Positions 27,468 to 35,731 of a stretch of DNA of 64,000 bases are shown here, piece after piece. Positions within the stretch are counted from its first letter, which is position 1. Each line of letters starts with the position of its first letter. Position numbers and translations under genes: made by a program. Below the pieces are notes generated by a model, which had not been told where the DNA came from, did not search any database, and saw only the letters and a list, made by a program, of their open reading frames with translations. This DNA comes from Dehalococcoidia bacterium (GTDB lineage Bacteria; Chloroflexota; Dehalococcoidia; Lucifugimonadales; UBA2985): the NCBI GenBank assembly GCA_034421015.1, contig DAOUKT010000003.1, positions 5,152 through 69,151 on the forward strand, read 5' to 3'.

Positions 27468-27658
27468 CGTCTGAGCTTCGTTAGCTCCTTGTTGTACCGA
27501 ACGTTGGCTCAGAGCTGCTGGTCACAACCCTCCCGTTTCGTATGTACTGAACCAGTACGCGCGCTTGCCATTTGACCCCGAAATTTGCATAATAGCCCTC
27601 GTATGCCGCCTGACCCTTGTCCGGCGGCGCAAATCCCGGATGTAGAGGTCCTGCAGCA

Positions 27659-28309
27659 GTGTACATAGACATGCACGTCCACTCCAAGCAGTCCGATGAC
27701 GCCGGAGGCACGGTTGAAGGCTACCTGAAGTGGATAAACGTCATCCGCAGGAAGGGCTACCAGGTGGACGGCATTGTTCTGACGGAGCACAGGGGCTTCG
27801 ACTTTGAAATCGACTACTCCGGCCTCGCCGAGCAGTACGGCGTGGTGGTTATGAAGGGGGCGGAGATTGAGACGAACCTGGGCCACGTGCTGACCTACGG
27901 CATAACCCGGGCCATGACCGAGGAGTTCGACTTCAAGAACATCACACTGCCCGCAAGCGAGGTGCTGAGGTGCGTTCGCAGGGAGAACGCCTACGCCATC
28001 GCAGCGCACCCCGGCCGTCCCCGCATTGGGCTGTGGCAGCACATCCAGAATGGGGCCTCGCCGGCCGGCTTCGAGACCATTGAGCTGCTGAACGGCGGGA
28101 GCAGCGCCGAGGAGAATGGCCTCGCAAAGCAGCTTGCCGACACCTACGGCTTCCAATGCGTCGGTGGCAGTGACTCCCACTACGTCAGCACCATTGGCCG
28201 TTGCATCACCCGCTTCAAGCGTCCCGTGACCTGCATTGAGGAGCTGGTGGAGGAGCTTCATACGGGGGACTTTGAGCCGGCGCTGCTTGAGGATACAAAG
28301 GCGTCATAG
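27659..28309 (+). CDS. PHP-domain metal-dependent phosphoesterase
   Basis: ORF track 27617-28309. VYIDMHVHSKQSDD is the PHP motif I. The start is GTG 27659 or ATG 27671. Confidence 0.7.
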   Translation: MYIDMHVHSKQSDDAGGTVEGYLKWINVIRRKGYQVDGIVLTEHRGFDFEIDYSGLAEQYGVVVMKGAEIETNLGHVLTYGITRAMTEEFDFKNITLPASEVLRCVRRENAYAIAAHPGRPRIGLWQHIQNGASPAGFETIELLNGGSSAEENGLAKQLADTYGFQCVGGSDSHYVSTIGRCITRFKRPVTCIEELVEELHTGDFEPALLEDTKAS

Positions 28310-28361
28310 CGGCGACTGGGCCAGATCGCTACCGACCCATCTCTGCGCCAGGAGGTGACAC

Positions 28362-28832
28362 ATGGCGGAACAGAACCTTACGGACACCATCGACTTCGAC
28401 AGGAGCGTCCTGGGCGTCGACTACGACGTGGGCACGTATGAGGTCACCAAGGAGAAGATCATTGGCTACGCCAGGGCGCTGGGCGAGTCCAACCCCCTCT
28501 ACCTTGACGAGGAGGCGGCCAGGGCCGGGCCATACGGCGTCATCATCGCTCCGCCCCTCTTCTACAACATGATCAGCCTGCAGGCAGGCCCCGACCCCAA
28601 GGTGAACTTCGGCACGTCCGGCTTCGACGGCGGCCAGCACGTGGAGTTCTTTGAGCCCATCAAGGCCGGCGACACCATCTCCGCCAAGACCCAGATCGCG
28701 GACGTGTACGCCAAGACGGGCCGCACCGGGACTATGGTGTTCACCGTCAGGCGCACCACCTTCACCAACCAGGAAGGGGAGAAGAACATTGTGATGGACC
28801 GCATCAACGTGAGAAGGGACCTGAGCCAATGA
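28362..28832 (+). CDS. MaoC-N-type hotdog subunit (HadA-like), pair 1
   Basis: ORF track. It is paralogous to 29314-29787 and overlaps the next gene by ATGA. Confidence 0.7.
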   Translation: MAEQNLTDTIDFDRSVLGVDYDVGTYEVTKEKIIGYARALGESNPLYLDEEAARAGPYGVIIAPPLFYNMISLQAGPDPKVNFGTSGFDGGQHVEFFEPIKAGDTISAKTQIADVYAKTGRTGTMVFTVRRTTFTNQEGEKNIVMDRINVRRDLSQ

Positions 28833-29257
28833 GCCAGGTGTACTTCGAGGACGTGGAGCCGGGTTACGAGGTCGGCCCCGTGGTCAAGATGCCGACCCGG
28901 GAGCAGTTGGACGCATTCACAACGGTGTGGGGCTCGCAGACGGGCCGCTTCACCAGCGACGAGGCCGCCCAGAAAGAGGGGTTCTCCGGCGTCATCCTGC
29001 CGGGCAACATGAGCATGGCGCTCCTGGCCCAGGTCATCACCGAGTGGGCCGGGTCGGCCGGGAAGCTGAAGCGGCTGGAGTGCGACTTCCGGCGGTACGT
29101 GCAACCCGGCGACACACTAAACTGCATTGGCCTTGTCACTGATACGGAGACGGGGGACGACGAGAACCGGGTCATACTGGACGTGTACATAGAGAACCAG
29201 AAGGGGGAGAGGGCGCTGCAGGGGACGGCCCTGGTGCTGCTTCCCAACAGGCCATAG
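28829..29257 (+). CDS. MaoC-like (R)-specific hydratase hotdog subunit (HadB-like), pair 1
   Basis: ORF track. Contains GVILPGNMSMALLAQVITEWAG and is paralogous to 29784-30206. Confidence 0.7.
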   Translation: MSQVYFEDVEPGYEVGPVVKMPTREQLDAFTTVWGSQTGRFTSDEAAQKEGFSGVILPGNMSMALLAQVITEWAGSAGKLKRLECDFRRYVQPGDTLNCIGLVTDTETGDDENRVILDVYIENQKGERALQGTALVLLPNRP

Positions 29258-29313
29258 GGGGCAAGACCCCTTCTTGATACGGCAAAAATAGACCAAACAG
29301 AGGAGGAGGACAC

Positions 29314-29787
29314 ATGCCGGACGCAGAAGACATCATGGCAAACCTGGACTACAACCGGGACGTAGTCGGAGTTGACTACGACGTTGGGACCCACGAGGTT
29401 ACCGAAGAGCAGGTGGTCGGCTTCGCCAAGGCCATCGGCGAGACCAATCCCATGTACCTGGACAAGGAATTCGCCGCCAGAAGCCCCCACGGGACGCTCA
29501 TTGCTCCGCCTGCCTACTACACCTCCATACGGCTGGAGTCCGCGCCGGACGCCGAGGTCAAGTTCGGCACCACCGGATTCAACGCATCCCAGCACTGCGA
29601 GTTCTATGAGCCGATGAAGGTGGGCGACACCATATCGGCCAAGACCCAGGTCTCCCACGTCTACGCCAAGACCGGCCGGACCGGGACAATGGTGTTCACC
29701 GTGCGGCGCACCACCTACGCCAACCAGCATGGCCGCGACGTGATGATGGTGGAGAGCTCCATGGTGAGAAGGGACATGAACCAATGA
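29314..29787 (+). CDS. MaoC-N-type hotdog subunit (HadA-like), pair 2
   Basis: ORF track. An AGGAGGAGGA RBS precedes ATG 29314. Confidence 0.7.
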   Translation: MPDAEDIMANLDYNRDVVGVDYDVGTHEVTEEQVVGFAKAIGETNPMYLDKEFAARSPHGTLIAPPAYYTSIRLESAPDAEVKFGTTGFNASQHCEFYEPMKVGDTISAKTQVSHVYAKTGRTGTMVFTVRRTTYANQHGRDVMMVESSMVRRDMNQ

Positions 29788-30206
29788 GCCAGAGACACTA
29801 CGGAGAAGTGGAGCTTGGAGACGAGCTCGGCCCCCTGGTGAAGGAGCCAACCCGGGAGCAGATCCGGGACTACGTGGGGCTGTCGGAGGTGCGGATGGGC
29901 CGGTTCACCAGCGAGGAGGCGGCCCAGAGCGAAGGGCTGCGAGGCATCATTGTGCCGGGCAACATGAGCATGTCCTTCCTGTCCCAACTGCTCACGGACT
30001 GGGCTGGTGTCGAGGGACAGCTCACGAAGCTTGAGGTCAACTTCCGCCGGATGGTGGAGCCGGGCGACAGGCTGGAGTGCAAGGCCGTGGTCACTGACAT
30101 GCAGGAGATGGACGGGCGGAACGTGGTGACCCTGGACGCATTCATCGAGAACCAGAAGGGCGAGCGTCCCATCCAGGGCATAGCCGAGGTGGTGCTGCCA
30201 AGCTAG
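29784..30206 (+). CDS. MaoC-like hydratase hotdog subunit (HadB-like), pair 2
   Basis: ORF track. Contains GIIVPGNMSMSFLSQLLTDWAG and has an ATGA overlap with the preceding gene. Confidence 0.7.
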   Translation: MSQRHYGEVELGDELGPLVKEPTREQIRDYVGLSEVRMGRFTSEEAAQSEGLRGIIVPGNMSMSFLSQLLTDWAGVEGQLTKLEVNFRRMVEPGDRLECKAVVTDMQEMDGRNVVTLDAFIENQKGERPIQGIAEVVLPS

Positions 30207-30226
30207 GGGCAAATCAACTATGCTAT

Positions 30227-30276
30227 AGAGCCTGGGGTCGAGCCTCTCAGCTCTGCTCCAGGCTCTGTGATTTTCC
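30227..30276 (+). terminator. rho-independent terminator after the MaoC operon
   Basis: A 9-bp stem AGAGCCUGG/CCAGGCUCU with an inner GAGC/GCUC pairing, followed by GUGAUUUUCC, 21 nt after the stop at 30206. Confidence 0.45.
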
Positions 30277-30317
30277 TGTCCGAACCAGGATGAACACTGA
30301 GGAGGAGTTTCCAAGCC

Positions 30318-30806
30318 ATGACGCCTGAGGAGAGGGCTCAGAAGATAGAGGAGTATGGGAACGGGCACGCGCTCCTGGTAGAGGCGCTGGATGAGTTCCC
30401 GGAGGAGATGCGGCAGTGGAGGGACGAGCAGGGGCGCTGGAGTGTCCACGAGCACTATGTCCACGTCACCGACAGCGAGGTCAACAGCTACGTCCGGTGC
30501 CGCAGGCTGATTGCCGAGCAGGGCGGGACGATCATGGCCTACGACCAAGACAAGTGGGCTTCACAGTTGAACTACCACGAACAGAGCATCGATGATGCGC
30601 TGGCGCTGTTCAAGGCGCTTCGTCAGCAGAGCTACAGGCTGATCAAGACGCTGCCGGAACCCGTCTGGGCGCATACCGCCATCCATTCCGAGGACGGCGA
30701 GGTGAGCCTGGACGACTGGCTGGACACCTACACGAGACACGTCGCCGAACACATTGGCTACATGCGTGAGAGCCTGGAGGCGTGGAAAGCGGCCGGGAAC
30801 GGCTGA
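30318..30806 (+). CDS. DinB family (DinB_2/YfiT-like) metal-dependent protein
   Basis: ORF track. His residues are spaced as in the DinB four-helix bundle (HVTDSE..., HTAIH, HVAEHIGYM). Confidence 0.7.
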   Translation: MTPEERAQKIEEYGNGHALLVEALDEFPEEMRQWRDEQGRWSVHEHYVHVTDSEVNSYVRCRRLIAEQGGTIMAYDQDKWASQLNYHEQSIDDALALFKALRQQSYRLIKTLPEPVWAHTAIHSEDGEVSLDDWLDTYTRHVAEHIGYMRESLEAWKAAGNG

Positions 30807-30844
30807 GGCTGCGGGGAGGACGTATGTGGAAAAACCTGAAGTGA

Positions 30845-30885
30845 GTCATCAACTGGCTCCGTCGTAGACGGGCCTGCAGCTAGCC
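30845..30885. repeat. repeat A, copy 1 (core CGTAGACGGGCCTGCAGC)
   Basis: An 18-nt identical core plus similar flanks, shared with 34815-34855. Both copies lie just downstream of a plus-strand stop codon. Confidence 0.5.
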
Positions 30886-31021
30886 TCAGCGGCCTTACCT
30901 GGCGGCGCTTGTTCAGAGCCGGTAGAGCGGGGACTCATCTGAGATGATGCAGATGTAGCGCCTCCGTCTAATCTGGCAGGACGGTGATGGGAAGCCGAGT
31001 GTCCACCTTCCAGACGGCGAA

Positions 31022-32761
31022 TCAGGCGCCGCGCTCGACCTGGACCGTTACGATATCCACGCCGTGGAATTTCTGGTGGCGCACGGCAGAGGCGTAGAAT
31101 CGCAACAGCCGGAGTGAAAGATCGTCTACTGCCGGTATGTGGGCTTCGTCGGTCAGATACGCCAGCTGGTCCTCGACGTTCTCCTGTCGCGTAGTGGCGA
31201 CAAACTCCAGTTCCACCATAGTCGCTTGTGGCCGCGCGTCGATGATCAGCCGCGCCTTCTCCGAGCCGTCGGCGTCGTCCCCCTGCGGCTGCAGGCTGGC
31301 GAGGGTCTCTTCGCCGGCGGCGCGCAGTCGCAGCGCGGAGGCTTCGTTCCATGCCAGGTTGGCGGCCAGTCGCGTAAGGAACTCATCGATCGCGGGCAGC
31401 GAGGCCATGTCCAGAGTGACCTCGAGGCGCGAGCGGCGTGCGCTGGTCGCCTCAAGAATGAGCGTCATGCCTATCGCAACCACAGCGCCAATGGTCACTC
31501 CATTACCGAGCAGTCCGCCAAGCTCGTCGCCAAGCAGGTCGCTCATGATGGGGTGATTGTGGAGACCCAGGCCCAGCGCGCTGGCAAGGGCAACCACCAG
31601 CACGCGCCTGGGGTCCAGGCCCTCCCGCAGGATGGTCTGCCATCCGCTGACGAATAGCATTCCCATGGCGAGCATCAGGTAGGCGCCCAGCACAGGCCCG
31701 GGGATCATCAGCAGCAGGGCGGCAAGTTTTGAGAAGAGCGCCAGCACAATCAGGACGACCGCCACGCCGATGCCAACCCTGCGGGCGGCGACGCCGGTGA
31801 GGTTGATAAGCGAGAGGCTGAATGAGGAGTAGCTCATCGGTGGCAGGGTGCTCGTGATGCCGGCAAGCAGCATGCCAACGCCGTTCACACTCACCATGCC
31901 CTGGATCTGGCGGAAATCGATTGCCCGCGGCCCTCGCCATGACCCCTGCTGGATTGCAATGCCGTCGCTTATCGTCTTGATCCCCAGCACCAGGGTGAGA
32001 ATTGCGAAAGACGGCAGAAGCGCCCAGAACTCCCTTCCGAACGTGAGGTCGAAACTCAGATCGGGCAGCTCGGGGATGCCGAACCAGGGCGCGCTGACGA
32101 TTCGGTCCGCGTCAATCAGGCCGAATGCAACGGCCACTGCGGACCCGGCCAGGATGCTGATGAACGGCCCGGCGAGACGCCAGCGTCCGGTGGCGCGCAA
32201 CGCCACTATCACCGAGACCAGCAGCGTCGTTCCGGCGACCGCAGGGCCCGAGACCGCGGGCGCGCCGTCTGGCAGGTCCTGAACGCTGTCGAAGGCAATT
32301 GGCAGAACGCTGACGGCTATAAGCATGGTCACAGTCCCGGTGACGACCGGCGTGAAGATGCGGCGCAGCGTTGGCAGCCACCAGGCGAGCGCGACCTGGA
32401 CCACACAGCAGACGGCCAGCAGGGTCATGAACATCGCCGGTCCGGCCGAAGAGACCGTTGCCACCATGATCGCGATAAACAACGCTGCAGGCGAGGTGAG
32501 CACAACGTGGCCTGAGCCGAACCGCCAGAACTGCAACGCTTGCAACGCGGTGACCGCCGCGCTGATCAGCAGCGCCGCAAAGACGCTCCAGGCCAGATAG
32601 CTGTCCTCCAGCCCGGAGGAGCGGACCGCTACCGCCACGTTCAGGGCCGTCGGCGCAAGCAGGAGAACGGCGCCCTGGAATCCGACCACCAATGCGACCC
32701 ACGGAGAGCAAGCCTCCTCGGGCTCAAATCGGATGGACTGGTCGGCGTTCCCGGCGCTCAA
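31022..32761 (-). CDS. NCS2-like (xanthine/uracil permease family) transporter with an extra C-terminal cytoplasmic domain
   Basis: ORF track. It has many TM helices and ...SLINLTGVAARRVG resembles the NCS2 signature region. The roughly 130-aa soluble C-terminal tail has unclear affinity. Confidence 0.6.
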   Translation of the reverse strand: MSAGNADQSIRFEPEEACSPWVALVVGFQGAVLLLAPTALNVAVAVRSSGLEDSYLAWSVFAALLISAAVTALQALQFWRFGSGHVVLTSPAALFIAIMVATVSSAGPAMFMTLLAVCCVVQVALAWWLPTLRRIFTPVVTGTVTMLIAVSVLPIAFDSVQDLPDGAPAVSGPAVAGTTLLVSVIVALRATGRWRLAGPFISILAGSAVAVAFGLIDADRIVSAPWFGIPELPDLSFDLTFGREFWALLPSFAILTLVLGIKTISDGIAIQQGSWRGPRAIDFRQIQGMVSVNGVGMLLAGITSTLPPMSYSSFSLSLINLTGVAARRVGIGVAVVLIVLALFSKLAALLLMIPGPVLGAYLMLAMGMLFVSGWQTILREGLDPRRVLVVALASALGLGLHNHPIMSDLLGDELGGLLGNGVTIGAVVAIGMTLILEATSARRSRLEVTLDMASLPAIDEFLTRLAANLAWNEASALRLRAAGEETLASLQPQGDDADGSEKARLIIDARPQATMVELEFVATTRQENVEDQLAYLTDEAHIPAVDDLSLRLLRFYASAVRHQKFHGVDIVTVQVERGA

Positions 32762-32863
32762 TTTGTAATGGTAACTCCAGAATCGGGCAAGATCACCGCA
32801 ATCTTACCACATGCGCGCAGCATACTCATTAACGCCAGCCGGATCATGTGACCCTTGTATCCT

Positions 32864-33060
32864 CGTTGCCATAATCATTGTTTATGCCATAATGTAGGGC
32901 GTCGGTTGATGCAGCAATGGAGGGATGCGCCGCCATGATTGAGACTGGCATGACTTCAAATTGTCAGACCACCCTATAACCGGGCGATTCACTGGACACG
33001 TACGAGAGGCACACCCAGAGAACATAGAGCATATGCGGGAGAAGCTGTAAGCCTCGATGG
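32864..33060 (+). pseudogene. decayed copy of the vapB promoter plus 5' coding region (repeat B, copy 1)
   Basis: TTGCCA-16-CATAAT, then GGAGGGA and ATG 32935 giving MIETGMTSNCQTTL-stop. This aligns by eye with 34877-34989 (TTGCCA-17-CATAAT, MIESGITSKGQTTLPK...). Weaker similarity continues, so the 3' limit is fuzzy. Confidence 0.45.
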
Positions 33061-33137
33061 CAGCGGCAGGGGTCGCTGCAGTCTCCCGCCTGCAACCAGT
33101 GTCCGCGGGAACTTAATTCTGTGGGAGGAGACATCCA

Positions 33138-34805
33138 ATGAAGACTCAGACCATCGGGCTAGGCGCACTGGCCGGCGTCTTGCTCATTGCGCCTATAGTT
33201 GCAGTGATGTACGTGGCGGACCACTGGCTCGACTTCTCGTTTGCGCCCTATGACGTCTTCGACTGGGTTGCCCGAATTCTGCCCGGGCCGGTCATTACAT
33301 TCGGCATTGACCTGATGATTGACAGCCTGGAAATGCTGGGACTCAACGTCGCTGCCACGGCGAAGACTGCCGAACATATCCAAGCGGTGCTGGCGTTCGG
33401 CATGGCCGGAGTGGCGGCAAGCATCATCGTGTACATTGTTGTTGGACGCTGGCCTGCCCGCAGCGGACCCAGTCTTGGCCTCCTGGCGGGCGCTGTCCTG
33501 GGCTTGCCCATCGCGATGATCTCGGCAAGCATGTCCCAGGTCTCGACCGCCCCGTCGATCGTCTTCCTGTGGGTCCTTGGCTTGTTTTGCGTCTGGGGCG
33601 TCACAACGGTCGCCACGGCCCGCAGGCTGCTGCCCCAGTTCTCCTCAACGACCGGCGGTCCGTCGTCATCGGAGCTTGAGGCGAACTCCGTGCAGGTCGT
33701 CGGCAGGCGGCAGTTTCTCATCCAGATGGGGGCGGCAACGGCCACCATCACGGTTGCAGGCGCCGGCCTCGGGCGCGTCCTCGAAATCAACGAACGCAAT
33801 CGCCTGGAAGCCGAACTGGAGGAGATGAAGGCCTACCAGTCCGCGCCCCCGTCGGGTATCGAGCTGCCCAACGAAGACGCCGCTGTCAAACCTGCCCTGG
33901 GCACGCGGCCCGAGTATACCGCCGTTAGAGACCACTACAAGGTCTTCATCCGGTCGGAGCCAACGGTGATAGATGGTGAAACGTGGACCCTGCCGATTAC
34001 CGGACTCGTGGACAACCCGGTCACCCTAACCCTGGACGACCTGCGCACAAGGTACGAGGCCCGCGATGAGTTCGTCACTCTGAGCTGCATCTCCAACCGG
34101 GTGGGCGGCCCCCTGATAGGCACCACCTACTGGACCGGCGCCAGCCTGCAGGACATCCTTGCCGACGTGAGTCCCCAGGAGGACGCCCGCTACCTGTACA
34201 TAACCTGCGGCGACGGCTTTCATGAGACAGTCGATCTTGACTTGATCAACTCCGACAAGCGGGTCATGCTCGCTTACAACTGGGACGGCAGACCGATTCC
34301 GTTCGATCACGGGTTCCCGCTGCGGATCTGGATTCCGGACCGCTTCGGCATGAAGCAGCCCAAGTGGATCACCGGAATAGAGGTGATAGCCGACTATGAG
34401 CTGGGCTACTGGGTCAGTCGCGGCTGGTCAGTGGAGGCGCTGGTCAAGGCCACGTCTGTGATTGATACCGTGGCCGTTGACTCGGTGATCGAGGACGGCG
34501 ACCGGAAGCTGGTCCCGATTGGTGGAATCGCCTATGCCGGAGCGCGAGGCATCTCCAGGGTGGAGGTGCTTGTTGACAACGAACCGGAGTGGCGCATCGC
34601 GGATCTGCGCACCCCGCTCTCAGATGTTTCCTGGGTAATATGGCGTCTCGATTGGCCGTTCGAAGAGGGACGCCACGACTTCCAGGTCCGCTGCGTGGAG
34701 GCGGACGGGACTCCGCAGATCAAGTTTGTGGGCCCCCCCAGACCGGACGGAGCAACCGGAATCCACCGCAAGTCAGAAAGGCTGAGAGACATAGAGACGA
34801 CTTGA
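33138..34805 (+). CDS. molybdopterin-dependent oxidoreductase (sulfite-oxidase fold) with N-terminal membrane domain
   Basis: ORF track. It has about 5 N-terminal TM helices. DEFVTLSCISNRVGGPLIGTTYWTGASL and GFPLRIWIPDRFGMKQPKWI are typical of SUOX-fold Moco domains. Confidence 0.8.
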   Translation: MKTQTIGLGALAGVLLIAPIVAVMYVADHWLDFSFAPYDVFDWVARILPGPVITFGIDLMIDSLEMLGLNVAATAKTAEHIQAVLAFGMAGVAASIIVYIVVGRWPARSGPSLGLLAGAVLGLPIAMISASMSQVSTAPSIVFLWVLGLFCVWGVTTVATARRLLPQFSSTTGGPSSSELEANSVQVVGRRQFLIQMGAATATITVAGAGLGRVLEINERNRLEAELEEMKAYQSAPPSGIELPNEDAAVKPALGTRPEYTAVRDHYKVFIRSEPTVIDGETWTLPITGLVDNPVTLTLDDLRTRYEARDEFVTLSCISNRVGGPLIGTTYWTGASLQDILADVSPQEDARYLYITCGDGFHETVDLDLINSDKRVMLAYNWDGRPIPFDHGFPLRIWIPDRFGMKQPKWITGIEVIADYELGYWVSRGWSVEALVKATSVIDTVAVDSVIEDGDRKLVPIGGIAYAGARGISRVEVLVDNEPEWRIADLRTPLSDVSWVIWRLDWPFEEGRHDFQVRCVEADGTPQIKFVGPPRPDGATGIHRKSERLRDIETT

Positions 34806-34814
34806 TCAGGCTCT

Positions 34815-34855
34815 GTGCTCAACGTGATCTGGCGTAGACGGGCCTGCAGCCAGCC
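34815..34855. repeat. repeat A, copy 2
   Basis: See 30845-30885. In this copy it is directly adjacent to the intact vapBC promoter. Confidence 0.5.
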
Positions 34856-34878
34856 GAATCGTCAGCTTCCTTTCGGCA

Positions 34879-34907
34879 TTGCCATGAGCATTGCTTTGGC
34901 CCATAAT
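34879..34907 (+). promoter_or_regulatory. vapBC promoter TTGCCA-17 nt-CATAAT
   Basis: Read directly from the sequence. It is duplicated, with a 16-nt spacer, at 32866-32893. Confidence 0.4.
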
Positions 34908-34948
34908 GTAAGGCGTTGGTTGATTTAGCAATGGAGGGAGGCGCCGCC

Positions 34949-35182
34949 ATGATAGAGTCCGGCATTACTTCCAAGGGCCAGACCACGCTGCCCAAGGCCG
35001 TCCGGGAGGCGCTGTCCGTCCAGGCCGGGGACCGGATAAGGTACGTAATCGAGGGCAGCGAGGTCCGCATCCTGCCCGTGCGCCCCATCGACAGGCTGTA
35101 CGGCGCGCTGCAATATGATGGCCCGACCGTCACGCTGGAGGACATGGAACGCGCCATCGTCGACGGGGCTGCCCAGGCGTGA
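34949..35182 (+). CDS. vapB: AbrB/MazE/SpoVT-type antitoxin (VapB-like)
   Basis: ORF track 34916-35182. The start was moved to ATG 34949, 7 nt after GGAGGGAGG. MIESGITSKGQTTLPKAVREAL is the SpoVT/AbrB swapped-hairpin motif. Confidence 0.75.
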   Translation: MIESGITSKGQTTLPKAVREALSVQAGDRIRYVIEGSEVRILPVRPIDRLYGALQYDGPTVTLEDMERAIVDGAAQA

Positions 35183-35586
35183 TAGCCGTTGACACCAACG
35201 TCCTGCTCCGCTACCTGGTGCGCGACGACGCTGATCAGGCAGAAGCGGCCCGGTTGCTTCTTGAGGGAATATCGTCCGAGAGGCCGGGCTTCATCTGTCG
35301 TGAAGTCGCAATCGAGGTGGTCTGGGTGCTGGAGAGGGCCTACAAGTTCACGCGGGCACAGATAGCGGATGTGATTATTGAGTTGGCGGCTACGGACGGC
35401 GTTGTCATTGAAGAGGCGGAGGACGTGATGCGCGCCGCCATCCGCTACCGGCAGACCAACGCCGACTTCTCAGACCTGATGATTCTCGCCGCCGCAGAAC
35501 GCGCCGGCGCCGGGCCCCTCTACACCTTCGACCGCAGGCTTGCGCGGCTGGTGGGCGCGGCGCTGGTGGGGGCTGGTGAGGTGTGA
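35179..35586 (+). CDS. vapC: PIN-domain toxin VapC
   Basis: ORF track. Contains IAVDTNVLLRYL...SDLMILAAAERAG and overlaps vapB by 4 nt. Confidence 0.8.
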   Translation: MIAVDTNVLLRYLVRDDADQAEAARLLLEGISSERPGFICREVAIEVVWVLERAYKFTRAQIADVIIELAATDGVVIEEAEDVMRAAIRYRQTNADFSDLMILAAAERAGAGPLYTFDRRLARLVGAALVGAGEV

Positions 35587-35608
35587 GGGTGGCGGTGGAG
35601 GTGGAGGT

Positions 35609-35629
35609 GGGGGGGGGGGGGGGGGGGGG
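35609..35629. repeat. 21-nt poly-G homopolymer preceded by a (GGN)n tract
   Basis: Counted directly. GGTGGCGGTGGAGGTGGAGGTGG is followed by G x21 (counting the final GG), then TGGATTGGATCTAGCTAGC. It marks the left edge of the AT-richer islet. Confidence 0.9.
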
Positions 35630-35731
35630 TGGATTGGATCTAGCTAGCATTTCTGTCTGCTGCGCGAAAGCAATGCGGAGGAGCCAAAAGTTTTCTCATT
35701 GCCTATACTTCATCGCTGTCCAGAGAAGTCC

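Noticed and set aside
30236-30243. GGGTCGAG 8-mer shared between the NYN leaders and the hairpin after the MaoC operon
   Set aside because: One extra occurrence of an 8-mer in 64 kb is expected by chance. The surrounding sequence is unrelated.
35640-35648. CTAGCTAG palindrome as a synthetic six-frame-stop scaffold linker
   Set aside because: Too short and not in the form of commonly used linkers. It is kept only as part of the caution about the poly-G junction.
35405-35650. Minus-strand ORF encoding a poly-proline stretch
   Set aside because: It is simply the translation of the poly-G/(GGN)n tract and overlaps vapC antisense.
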